Assembly (NCBI RefSeq): GCF_009914755.1
Contig: NC_060947.1
Strand: one strand, 5' to 3'
Source: the human T2T-CHM13v2.0 reference genome, Homo sapiens
DNA length: 64,000 bases
Below the pieces are notes generated by a model. That model did not search any database, was not told the origin of the DNA, and saw only the letters and a list, made by a program, of their open reading frames with translations. Positions 46,213 to 60,959 of this stretch are shown here, piece after piece. Position numbers and translations under genes: made by a program. Positions within the stretch are counted from its first letter, which is position 1. Every line of letters begins with the position of its first letter.

Positions 46213-47695
46213 AACTTAAGATGGTTTTTGATACAGATGGATAGAGTAGGTACAGGCTGAACGCCTCACTATAATTATTATTGACACGGGCTAATTTTCA
46301 TATTGCACTATAGCTTTTTCTATTTGGGGGGAATAGGGAATAATCATGGTTAACTTCTCAAAGAATAAAAGAGTAATGTTTGCTGTTTGTTTTTTTAATT
46401 AAAAATTCAGCACCACTTTCCCAGAAAACCCTGTCTTGTCCCTTGTTGTTGTTGTTTTTCTGTGGTATACCTCAAGAGTTGTAGCAGAAACTGTAGTCAG
46501 CAAGGCAAACAGTGAGCACGGGTGTAGAACTCAGGGAGTTGAGGAAGAAGTAGGAAGTGAATAGTCAGTCATTTTAACAACCATTCAGGAAGTGAACAGT
46601 CAGCCATTGTAAGAGTTGATTTTGTATAGAAACAAACTCTGAGTATGTATCTAATACCTCCCCAGAGGAAATTTTAGCAATTGGAAGGCAATTTATCAGA
46701 TGGTTTTGGGGAAAGATGAGATTCAGGGAAAGTATATACAGCTGAATAGGAGCTTTTCTTTGTGCAATTTGCTACATCTCAGTGCTGCCCACAGATGATG
46801 AAGGTGTTTAGCTTCAGGAGTTCTTTGTGTGGGGTTATTTTGTCTGGGTTTTTTACGCTGTTGCATCATGAGATCCCAGGCATCCACCTCTGAAGGACTT
46901 CTCCCTTATAATGTGCTGTCTTACCTGTGGGCATTTGTAAGAAAACGAATACAAGATGAAGCACTCTAGTTAGACATGTGTGATGTCTCTCACCATCCAG
47001 GTTTCTGTGAGAAACTAATGAAGGCCCTTTGGTGCTGTCTGTTCTAAGAGACAACCCTTGGTCTCTCCAGGAATTTCACTGAAACAGGACGTGGGTGCTT
47101 TGAAGAAGCCAGGAATTGTACAGTTTAATGCTAAGGCAATTTAAGCAAAAGAGACTCAAGAACAAGTTGTGAATTTGATCCCTTGGAAAGGAAAAGACAG
47201 ACAATGTTTCTGAAAATATAAGCTTTTGAACATAAAATAGAGAAATTGCACGAAAGCAATCTTCTATGTTTGATGGTAATTTCCATTTCTGTTTCAACCG
47301 CTCCTTCAGATAAAATTACAGTGGAGCTTGCCTTTCTATTTAACCAGTCTCTGGATACAAAGTCACCTGAAATCTTCAGGTATTGACAGCCTTTGAAATA
47401 TCGCTTACAGAAAAGGCACCTCTAAAACATGTATCTTGTGTTTCTTTGTAAAAAGAAATGCCAGTAGGCCATTAGGTCAGTATCTACCTGGCTAGCCATC
47501 CTACCATTTGACATTAAGGTTGATCAGAAAGAAAGGGCATTGCTCAACCGCTCTTACAAAAGTCCATTGAGATATTTTTAGTAAACAAAAATTTGGTAAA
47601 CAAGGATAGGAAGTTAGGATATTTACCCACTGATTCCCATCTCCTGTTGGTTTGAAGGTGGTTCTCAGGGTTTTAACTTCCTAACATGAAAGTCT

Positions 47696-48142
47696 TTTTT
47701 TTTTTTTTTTTTAAAGATTCAGGGGGTACGTTTGGAGGTTTGTTACATGGGTATATTGCCTAATGCTGGCTTCTATTGAACCCATCATCCAAATAGTGAT
47801 CATACTACCCAATATGTAGTTTCTTTTTACCTCCTTTCCTCTCTCACTCTCTCTTTATAAAAGTCTTCAGTATCTATTGTTTCCATCATTTATGTCCATG
47901 AGTACCCTTCGTTTAGCTCATGCTTGTAAGTGAGAACATGTGGTATTTGACTTTCTGTTTCTGCATTAATTCACTTAGGACAATAGCCTCCAGCACTATG
48001 CATGTTGCTGCAAAGGGCATGATCTCATTCTTTTTTATGGCTGTGTAGTATTCCATGGTGTATATGTACCATATTTTCTTTATTCAATCCACCATTGATG
48101 GGTGCCTAGGTTGATTCTACGACTTTGCTATTGTAGATAATG
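47696..48142 (-). mobile_element. L1PB/L1PA16-like 3' end inserted in an old MLT1 LTR
   Basis: Poly(T), then agattcagggggtacg…gtaagtgagaacatgtggtatttg…ctttgctattgt. Confidence 0.88.
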
Positions 48143-49392
48143 TAAAGCAATGAAACCTATGGCATATTGGCATTCTTGGCCTGCACTTCTATGAGCTGAA
48201 TTGGAATGAAGCCATGGAACAGGACAGAGATTGTCAAAGGCGGGGCAGAGGTAGTGTTCCTGGAGCTGTTCACTTCAACAGTGCTGAAATCAGAGGCAAA
48301 CAGAGGGTGCCAGGAGGGTCCCTGTGTGAGACAGGTCTCATGCTCTTCTATGAGATAAACATATTATGGCTTGGAGAAACATAGACGAAAGAGTAATAAG
48401 GTAAAATATATTCATAGAGAAGTTAGTTATCTGTTTTTTTCCCACAATTAGAATGAATGAAAGGAAAAATCAAAATCTAAGTTTAGAATAGTGATCTGGA
48501 ATGAGCCTGGGTTTCAAAGTCATAAAGATCAGACTTTGTAGTCAAAGGAAGCTTAAAATAAAGAACAAGCATCATACTCATCATCAAAATGAGAATTAGC
48601 TCTGTCAATGACACTCTTGTGCTCTGTGAAATTTGACATTCAAAGCAGGAGAATGAAAGGAAATGATGGCAAAGATGGAACAAGGCTGTGGCATTTGTCA
48701 GAGGGAGAAAGAACCTGGTTTGGTGGAAGTTCGGTGGAATCAGATTATAAAGAGTATGAAGAGTTAAAAAAGAGGCCTAAATGAGAAACTTGAAATCAAT
48801 AAGTTTTAAAGCTCAAATGTGAAGTGAATTTATTTTGACTGGGTTAGATTAGTTTATAAGTGACTTTGAAAAAAAGTGCTGGATTTTAGTTATTCACTAA
48901 TAAAAAATGCATGAACCCTGCCGACTTCCTTGATGAAAGGCATTTTCTACTAAGTCAGCCCTTTGGTCATTCGCAGAATAACAATATATAGACGCACTAG
49001 CCAGTATATTTGTCTAGTATACTTGCTGTACAGTGAACATCTTGATATTCTATTGAGTGACCATCCTATTAAAATTGCCATTAACAAGTGTATGGCACGA
49101 GAGAGAAACACAAGCAGCTTTACACCAGAGTTACAAAATCATTTGTTATTGTCTATCTAGTGGAATTATATACTGACCACTGTATATAATTCTGAAGCAT
49201 TTCCACCAAAGTACTAAATGCATTTCCACCAAAAAGATAGAAATAGATGCAATACAATGAAACCCACATCAGTGGAACAGACCTGAAGAAAAACCAGCTG
49301 TTGAGGTAGTGGTCATTGCTATGGAATAAAATGCCTTTTATTCCATATTAGTGTTTTACATGTTAGTGTAGTGGGTTAAAAATATTTGTTTG

Positions 49393-49747
49393 GGGAGTCA
49401 GGAGGAAAAAGTGGGAAGGGGGTGAGGGATAAAAGACTGTAAATCGGATTCAGTGTATATTGCTCAGGTGATGGGTGAACCAAAATCTCACAAATCAACA
49501 CCAAAGAACTTATTCGTGTAACCAACTACTATCTGTTCCCCAAAAACCTATGGAAATATATATAATATATATGTTTATATATAATATATATATATAAGAG
49601 CTGTAATCTGAGAGCCACAAAAATAGAATGTAACATATTTATGACATAGTAACAGTAATTCCATGTAAAAGGCAGATTAAGATTAATTAAGATTAATGTA
49701 TATATTTGTGTACATATTTATATACACATATACATATAAATATATAT
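49393..49747 (+). mobile_element. Short L1PB/L1MA 3' end with a (TA)-expanded tail
   Basis: gggtgagggataaaagact…caggtgatgggtgaaccaaaatctcacaaatc…ccccaaaaacctatggaaat; TSD atatttgtttg at 49382-49392 and 49748-49758. Confidence 0.88.
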
Positions 49748-49864
49748 ATATTTGTTTGTCAGTTTACTCAACCATAGCTTAATCTGCCTTTTACATGGAA
49801 TTACTGTGTTACTATGTCATAAATTTGCTACATTCTATTTTTGTGGCTCTCAGATTACAGCTCT
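49597..49864. repeat. Long inverted repeat: arms 49597-49681 (85 bp) and 49778-49864 (87 bp), 96-bp spacer
   Basis: The reverse complement of the right arm matches the left arm with 2 substitutions and one 2-nt indel. Confidence 0.97.
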
Positions 49865-52594
49865 GCGCGTTTTATACTTGTTTTCTTAGCAAATACAATA
49901 CTTAGCTTATTTTGTTGTTAGTATTTATTGACATATCCTATCCCCAAGTAACACACAGCATTAAATACGAAAGTGTACCTTTCTGTTTCTCGGGAACATG
50001 CCACACATTAATTAGCAGCTGGACTTGTCTGAGGGTCACTTAAGTGTCACATCACCACCAACTGTCAATACTGTCTTCTGTATTGATTTCCACTGGATGG
50101 CATATTTTCTGCAGTGCAGGGATCTTGGCTTTTAATTTGCACTCCTTTTTTCATTCAGTTCCCAATTTACAGAGTGTCAATAAGGTGTTAGCAACTTCAA
50201 CATAGCTTGTCAGGGCTCTTTCAGCATTTTAGGCGTATCTCCATTGTAGCATGACACTATTTTATGATTATTCATCTCTGCAGCTGTCTGTCTGTTAGCC
50301 TGTGAACTCTTATGGTATTTATTCTTGTATCTTTGTCTTCCCATCTAACTTCCCCAAAATCTGCATATACAGATCCATACATCATACTGACTGTATTTCT
50401 GGACTAGTAGAAGACCCTACTTGTCAAATGACTCAAATAATGGCACCCCATCATTTCTCAAGCTGTTTGTGATCTGATATAACAGAAGTAGGCAATCATG
50501 TGTCTGATTAGGTATGTAAATATGACTTACCTCTTGCTTAGTCTGGAGAGGCTATGGAAAAGAGGTCAGGAAAAAAGAGCCATCTGTAAGAGGATTCCTT
50601 AGCTGGAAGATGAATGCATTGCCATTGTGTTTATAGGATGTATCTTTTTGTATCTTTCATCTCAAATATCCTGTCACTCCCATGGGAATACTTCTTGTTT
50701 TTAAGAAAAAAATTCCAAACATCTTTGATTCATCAAGCTAATACCCTGTGGACCTCAGATAGTGTATCCTTATAGACTTCATGGAATGGCACACACCTTC
50801 CCCTGAAAGTCAGAGCTAAAAATTAGCCAGTATCTGCACTTTGCCCCAAGCCATTAAGCCTACACCCAATTTCTGCAAGGGAGGATGGAGCCTTACTTGG
50901 ACATGCCATTTCCTGATCTCTGTAGCACCTCTTATTGATATTTCATACTCAACCCTTGATTCCATCTAGCCTTTTTTCTTTCCACTGGTTCCTGCTAATG
51001 CAAGCCTTGACTTTTCATTCCTATTATGCATTCTTCAATAGTGGGCTGTGTCATGGATTGAGAGCGCCTGGCGGAGCCCTGGATACATGGCAGTTTTTCA
51101 ATAAGCAGTTGTCGGCGGGCAGCCCTGAGAGTGTGAATTATGAGTACTAGCAAAAGGCAAGGTTCATTTGCATAATTATAAGCTGAAGAACGGCAGAGGA
51201 AATGAGGTACTGAACTGCTTTGGAATTGTTCTGGCTGCTCCAGTATAGTTCACATTAACAAATTTTATTGTTAAAATTTAAATATTCCAAAATGTAAATA
51301 TTCCAAGTGGAAATTTCTGGAAGAGAAGTGATATGTGTTGTTGTGGAAGGGGTTACAATAACATCCCAACACACCCCAGCCAGTCTGCAACATCCCAGCA
51401 AATGCAATTAAAGAGTGCTAGGAAAACGTTCTAGGTACATCCAGCTTTGGATTAAACATGTCTGATACCATTATACTGAGGTTCTTAACTTAGATAAAAA
51501 AGCTCCTTGTGGATAAACTTTTTAGCGGGTATGTGAAACTCAAGGCTTCACATACATACATACATAAAATTATGTATGTGCATCTGTGTATTTAAAGGAG
51601 TTACACACGTTATCAAATTCTTGAAGGGAGGTGTTTCGAGACAATACAGAGGAAAGGATGCACTGTTTTTCCAGAGACCTGTTTATTCTCTGGGCTGATT
51701 CCAGAAGTAAAAATAAAACCCAAAAACAAAAAACGCTACACAGTTTGATCAGAACACTAAGATTCTCACCCAAGCAGCTTTGATGTCCAAAGTGTGTTTA
51801 GAATCCAGCTTATCGATTCAATAGTTCTAGTAAGTTTAATATACATAGCAACACTCAAGACTGGAAAGGTTCCTTGGGGTCTTTACATAGGCTGTCTACC
51901 CAGTCTTGCTTCCATGAGAAAGTAGCAAACGGTCTTTTCAGCATTCTTTGTCACTAGCAAAAATCCCTGGATTATCCAAGTTGTCAACTGGCTGTGCTGA
52001 CCTGTCAGTTCACAAAAGGGTGATTATAGGAGGTATTAGTCAAAGCTTTGCTTTTTCTCTTTTCTGAACTTCTTCTCCCTGGGCTATACCCTTTTCCTTT
52101 CGAATTCCTCTTCAGAACTCCATTCTACAGAGAAGCTGCTCTTGGAACTGTGAGGCTCCCTGAAGACATCCAGTGATGGATTGGCAAGAACACGGAACCC
52201 TGCCTGACTTTATTCTGCTCTTTCCTGTGCCTAATTTAATTCAATTTCACTGGGCAAGCAGTTTTTTACTCCCTAACACCTTTTATATATCAATCATTCT
52301 GTTACAAATCATGACCATATAATTCATAAGAGCTTAGCATTGTTCATTTTGGAGACTGGAAGGCGATTATGCATTGCAATTATCATAGTGCATTTTGCAA
52401 ATACAGGTGCTTCATGCATTGCAGGATACCAGGCATAAAACAAGATCAATTTCCAAACATCAGACAAGGACCTTTAAAACTTTGTCAAATGCAAGAGCAA
52501 TTATGTGGTAATAACAGGAAAAACAAAACAAAAACAAAAACACACCTTATATAGTCCAAAGTCTTCAAGGGAAACAAACACTTCTGACACTAAA

Positions 52595-54010
52595 TTGGGG
52601 GTTTTATAGTGTGGTTCACAGACCCCGGGGAGTCTCTGAACACTTTCAGGGGTTAAGCCAAAACTATTTTGATAATAATGCTGAGATAATATTTTTCTTT
52701 TTCCTACTGGGTTTCTTTTGTACTGACAGTGCCAAACAGTGCAGAGTTAAGCTGCCGGTACCTTAGCACAAATCAATTCAGGGATACTAAACTGTGCTAG
52801 TTGTCACAGTATGGTTCCCTGCTATGCACTAGTAGTTTATAAAAAGCCAGTATCACTGAAGAATGTCCCTGATGAAGCACAAAATAATCTTAACTGTCTT
52901 CAACCTTAATCCTAGGGTAAACATAGATTCAATATTTGGTATGACAAGATAAAAACTGTGAGTTCTCCAGATACCAAAGTGTCATTTCGTGTATGTGTGA
53001 AGGAAAGCACTTGTGCAGATGTGGGAAGTGTGTGCTAAATTTGCCACTTTTTAGAGGATGCACAATTTTCATTTGAAATAATGACTTCCAGATAAACTAT
53101 TGTCCTTTGGACTTGAGGATTTGGTTGATATTTTCTTGAAAGTGACCAAAGTGAGGTCACTTTGGTCTCTTTCAGTATATTCCAAGTATGTATTCCAACG
53201 ATAAATTCCTGACAGTAATTGTCAATGATAATGTTCAACAGCTTTCCAATACTTAAAGACTTTTCTGAGAAGATGAATGGTGATATTGACCAGCAAGATA
53301 TTTTTAATACTACATAATAAAATGTGTGAGTATTTGGAAGATCTAAATAAACTTACTGAAACAATATTTTTTAAATGAAGAATGCATTGTGATACAAAAT
53401 GATGCATGGCTAAAAGACCCATTTTAAAATATGTATTTTTTTTTAGGCTGGTCAAGTGAAGCCAAGAGACCCATTTGAAGTACTCATTTAAATCCATATA
53501 TCCATGGATTTTAATACAACAGTGTGATTATGAACACTGAAGACAGATTCCAAATTTCAACTAATCTTTAAAAATCTTCTCTTTCTAGATTTTGGGTATA
53601 GAGTCAAAGAATGTCCACAATCATCTGAAAGGTTGTTTAAAGCCTCTTCTCTTTTCCAAATACATATCTGCACAAGACTGGATTTTGTTCATAGACTCCA
53701 ACCAAAACAACATATGACAAAAGATTGCTTGCAGGAGCAGGTATTAGAATCCCACCATTTCTATTAAGAGATTTGCAAGAGTGTAAACCAATAGCACCCT
53801 TCTCACTTTTTCACTTTGCTTTGCAAACTACAAATGTGTTATTTACGTTATGACATAGCATTACTCAGTCCATATTACAGAAATGTCTCAGTTTCAATTT
53901 CCAAGGTGGTAAATAACAATAAATATATGCTCTGGGTATCCTTCAAAGCTCCTTGGGGTCCTTGACAATCTTTAGGGATATAAAGGCGTTCTGAGACTAA
54001 AACTTTCAAG
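52595..54010. mobile_element. Charlie1-family hAT DNA transposon (internally deleted)
   Basis: Ends agtgtggttcacagaccccggggagtctctgaacactttcagggg and aaagctccttggggtccttgacaatctttagg…ctgagactaaaacttt; decayed transposase-like interior. Confidence 0.8.
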
Positions 54011-56031
54011 CTTTAAAATAATAATCCTGAAACAGAGTCCATCATTAAAATCAATGGAGCAGTTTTCTAGGTGTGTAATCTTTGGCTCCAGCTTTTGAAA
54101 ATTCTAATTCTGGGGTGTGATTCAAGCCAAGTGTCACTAACCTTGCCAGGGTGAATGTACTCACTGTGGTATTTAGAGGCATGATTCGTGGGATAAGCTT
54201 TGAAAATAAAATAGAAATTTCATACTGTACCATGCTTTTTGAAAATCTTAAAGAATATGCTAATTTATGCTTTCTACGCTACTGGTTTTTAGATTTCCTA
54301 ATATAAGTGGACATGGCTATTGTTCGGGAAACTATAAATGATCTTTTGTTGCTGTTCTTTCATGGGACTTCGTTGCTACTTTATGTTTTTAACAGGCGGG
54401 TGGATCAGTCTCTTGTATAATGGCACATGTGGGCTTAGAGTCATTTTACTTATATCCAATGCTTAGAATATGAAATGCTTTTTTTTTTCTTTTTGTCCGT
54501 ACTTGGTTTATTCGGTCAGGCATAAAACACAAATGTTGTTTACCAAACTAGTTATAACTAAACAAGAACAGCTTGTTAAGTGCTGTCTATCCAATTAAAG
54601 AAAACAGAGTACATTTTAAAATACATAATTTCTTTATAATTCTTATGTTATTCATCTTCTTGTGTGAAACTAAATAAACTGAGGAATGAAGATGAACATT
54701 TTGTTTCATAATCTAGAAAAATGACTTAAAGAATAATTAATAGTGGTAAGGAGAGGAGGTAAAATGATTGGGTTGAATTCACAAAAGAAAGGATTTATCA
54801 TAAATGCCTTGGAGAAACAGAAATGAATTCTGGAAAAGAATTCACCAAGATTCAATTTGATTGAAAAAACCTTTGCACACCTGCAGTGTATTCTACCACA
54901 AGACTATGACTGAGAGATGCATAGAATATAGTTGGGGTTTTTTTCAAGAATTTCAAATCTAGAACAAGGATTAGAAAGTTGGAAACCATTGCACATAATT
55001 TGAAATATTCTAGAAGTGTTTCCAAAACATGACTAGGGAAGCATTGCACTATGGAAATCATGAGAAAGGGTGTTAGACAAGATTAAGCAGCAGCAAAAAA
55101 TGAAAAAAGAGGTAGGATTTAGGGTAATAAATGCCATAGGGTAAACTTGATACGAATGGAAATGTATGAGAGAAGGAGTTACATCATCTTAGCAGTGATT
55201 GCGGGGGACCACGAGGTTTGTAAGGAAGAGGGAAAGTGCGTAAAATTATTCTACGATTTTCAGGAGAGACAACAACTGGCCATCTTTGAGATGACTCTGT
55301 AGGGGTGGAAACAGAAGCAGAGATACTTGAGTCTTAGAGTAGATTTTGAGGGTATCCCACATTGCAAGCTTTGATATCAGGATTCACAGAGGCTCCTGAA
55401 TCTACTTTTAGATTTCATGCAATTTAGACCAATCTCCAATTACCAGCCTGCAGAGCACTTTATGTCAGCCTGCTTTTCCTTAACAGGAAATGCAATTCCT
55501 GTGGCATGTTCTTGGCCTGACAGTTATTGGTGGGTGTGAAAGACCCCTGAAATCTTCCTAAAGAAGATGGGTCACCTTTCCTGGGAAGCCATTTCCATGG
55601 TCACTTGTGGCATTTTATTGTGGAAGAGTATTTCTTTCAACACCCACAGAGTGTGGAATGTTGACAAGACTTACGAAAACAATTTGCATCCAGTTTTGAC
55701 CTGGAGGAACTTCATGGAATATGGTTAGTTATGATGAGGTTGCCTACCAAGTCCAGAAAAACCATCTACCCTTGCCAGATGAACTGGTCAACTTCAGATT
55801 CAGAGCCAGGGTTTCTATTGGTGCTGTCATTCTAGAAGGTTATTATAGCTAAACTTGCTTCACGTTTTGGTGGGTAGGCTCTGCCAGTGAAGAAGACTCA
55901 AAGGTGATTTTTATGGCTCACAATCTCAAGGATTTTATAGGATCCTGCCATTTTATTTAGATGCGGGATTCCAGACCAGGCTCTGCAGCAAAGACACATG
56001 GGATTCTTTTTGTTTATGGTGTGCTGGATTT

Positions 56032-56114
56032 TATTGGGTTGGTGCAAAAGTAATTGCAGTTTTGGCCATTAAAAGCAATGGTCATTAAAAGCAATTACAT
56101 TTGCACCAACCTAT
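56032..56114. mobile_element. MADE1 mariner MITE (source family of miR-548 hairpins)
   Basis: tattgggttggtgcaaaagtaattgc…gcaattacatttgcaccaacctata; inverted terminal repeats bounded by TA. Confidence 0.93.
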
Positions 56115-56314
56115 ACTCATCGATTTATATTTATGTTGTCATTCTTGGAACAGAAAACATACTTTATGAAAATAATGGATGGCCTTTCTCTAATTGATTG
56201 TAAGAAATATCTCCTTGACTCTTGGGTTTGGTATACATTCTTCTATAATAACAAATGGTATAATTGTTTGGAAAATAAAAACTTTATCATTGAAAAAGCA
56301 GAACAATACAAAAT

Positions 56315-56317
<3 letters not shown>

Positions 56318-56352
<35 letters not shown>
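56318..56352. repeat. (CA)n microsatellite
   Basis: Pure CA run. Confidence 0.95.
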
Positions 56353-56355
<3 letters not shown>

Positions 56356-56689
56356 CAAACTGAAGTATCATATACTTCACAAAATGTTTACAAAGTCATG
56401 CTAATGCAGATACTCCTTTAATTCAAGGTTCTTTTAAAAACTTAAGACAAGGATTATAAAATAATGTTAAGTGCCCAGGGTGGCAACATATTTGATTATC
56501 CAGGGGAAATGAATGATTTCCTAGGAACATATAAACTTCCAAAATTAATCTACACAATATAGAAAATCTTAGTAAGTTTAAAAAATCTGTCGTTAAAAAT
56601 GGCAGTTGATGGGTTTATGGATGGGTTTATGTCTGATTTACATGTATCCCTTTGATTAATAATTCAGTGCAGTGTGTAGCAGTATTTCT

Positions 56690-58414
<1,725 letters not shown>

Positions 58415-58424
58415 TAAATGTGCT

Positions 58425-58602
58425 ACAGAGTGCTGGTCAACCAAAAGTATCAGCCTCAACTGGGAGCTAGTTAGAAATCATAGCCTCAGGACCCGCATGG
58501 AGATAACTGAGTTGAAACACAGCACTGGGGATGGGAGCAGAAATCTGTAATTTAAAAAGCTTTCTAGGTGCCTTGTGCATGCTTAAGTTTGAGAAGCACT
58601 GG
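58425..58602. mobile_element. MER5A
   Basis: tcagcctcaactgggagctagttagaaat…agaaatctgtaattt…taagtttgagaagcactgg. Confidence 0.8.
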
Positions 58603-60959
58603 TTTAAAATATTCTAGACAATAGAAAATACGTAAACTATCCAAATTCATTTTATACATGAGTATAACATTGATGAAAAATCAGATGGTAAGATTAAAAG
58701 AAAATAAATAAATTATTTTTTATTATGAACACAAATGAAAAATTCTGAATAAAATGTTGGCAGACATTACGCAAGTCTAGCTCCAAAGAATAATATATTA
58801 TAATCAAGTAAAATTTATTCCATAAATGATAAAGGGCTCAACATCAGCAATTACATCAGCATAATTGATAACAAAAATTGAAAGAGAAAAAACACATAAC
58901 TACCAATGGGTGCCAGAAAGGTGTTTGGTAGATAAAACAGCCCTTACAAATAAAAAATCTAAGTGAAATAGATATAGAAAGAAGCTGCTTAAATATGATA
59001 AATATTATTTACCGATAATAATCATCAGTCTAACGGCAACATTCTGGAAAATTTGTTTTACAGTTAAGTACAGAAATGAGATATTAGTTGTCATCACTAT
59101 TATCAATTTTTTGGTTTACTTTAGATGATAAAACACAAAAGAAGGAGATAAAATTTATGGCAAGATTAGAATGTGAGGCAAAATTATTTATATTTGCAGA
59201 GTATTTTTGGAAACTGATAAAAACTAACTAGAATTAAGTAAACCTTGTCAGGTTGAATTAGAAACATCAACACAAGTTAAACACACAAGTCAATAGTTTT
59301 TACCCCATGGTGATAATCATCTCTTTAAGGAATTAAAAAAAAACTCATAATAATGTTGAAAATAATTAATTCATGGAGAGTATTCTAATAAAAAAGATTT
59401 AGAATTTATATGCAGAAATCTGGACAATCTTATTAAGTACAAAATACAAAACCTGAACATATGTAGAGATAGTTCATTGTCCTGGATCTGAATATTTAAT
59501 TTTATAAATACATAAATATGTAAACTAGATGCATTCCAATAAAAATCCCAATGAGTGAGGAGAAGGAGAGGAAATTGATTACATATTCTTAACGTTCCAA
59601 TAAGAATCTTAGTTAGCTTACCTTAAGAGCGAAAGGTCTTGTGAAAAATAATGGTGTTTGTACCATGATGTCTACGAGTGTGTGCCTCTGTGCATGTGTG
59701 CATGTGCATAATTCAGCAGAAATGAACACTTACCATGAAGTCCCTGCTATTTAAAGCAGATAATATTGGTGAAGAAATGGATAAATATATTAATTAACCT
59801 GAAGAGATTACTGATATATGTATGTGCTTATACATACATATATATACTTATTAAATAAATAACATATATATTAAATACATATGTAATCAAGGTAACAGTA
59901 TAATTCAGTGGAAACAAACTGATATGATTGATTTCATTGATAAGTAGCTCTATCACGGAAAAAATTCTTTATACCTGCATTGTTACAGGCAATAACATTT
60001 ACAAGCAAATTACACATGGGTTTGATGATTAATGAAAATATATATACTATTAGAAGAAAATTGAACACATGAAATTGTTGATCCTGGAGTCACCTTTTTA
60101 TCTTCCCTTTTGTTGTGTAAACTAATTTTCAGTCATTTTTCTTATATTTCTAGTCATTTTATTTCGGGCCTTTTGTTGTTAGTGGAAGGCATTTTTATTG
60201 TTACATTGGACAAGAAAAGATGTCTACTAAGCCTCCAACACCACAGAATTTCAAGGCCTCAATTTTGTAGTCAAGAAGCTGTAAATTATATTTTGAGAAG
60301 TTATAAATGCAAGTTATTCACATGTAATTACTTACATATACATTTAAGGATAAAAAGGAGAGACAACACTTTAATGTCAGTTGATGCACAAAAAACACAG
60401 TATAAAGAATATTTAATTTTTCTTACTCTCTGAAAAGGTCTAGGCCATGTGATTTGTGCCTGTCGCACGAAATAGTACAAAATGTAAAAGTCATGGGGGA
60501 TAGATGCTAATAAAAGGATTTATAGTCAGTGCAAAGAAAAAAAAAGCAGCAGGAAACACAATTTGCAACTTTACATAATGAAGAAAAGTGTTTGAATACC
60601 TACATAAAATGCAGAGATAATAGATTTGCTGGCAGGAGAAGGGAACATGAGTAAAAGAAAAAGAAATTAAAAGGAAAAATAAAACTGGATTGCTGACAGG
60701 TAAATTGATGGCCTTAAGTTAACGGCTCTCAGTAGTTCAGCAATATTCACTGAGTATCCACAAAGGGTTGGGCCATGACTTGAGCTCTGTGTTGAGATGG
60801 AAGAAAATTGAAGCGTCACCAGTTATATAGATGTATATATTGAGTAAAGGAGAAGAGTAGAAGTTTAAGATGAAGAATTCAATTCTAGAAGAATATTATA
60901 ATTGTAGAATTGATTTATACATAGTAAATTTTAGCACTTTTGATCCACATTTGCAACAG

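Noticed and set aside
46918-47015. Minus-strand CAG|GTAAGA donor with an upstream tttctcacag acceptor
   Set aside because: Short pyrimidine tract and unrecognised peptide; such site pairs are common by chance in 64 kb.
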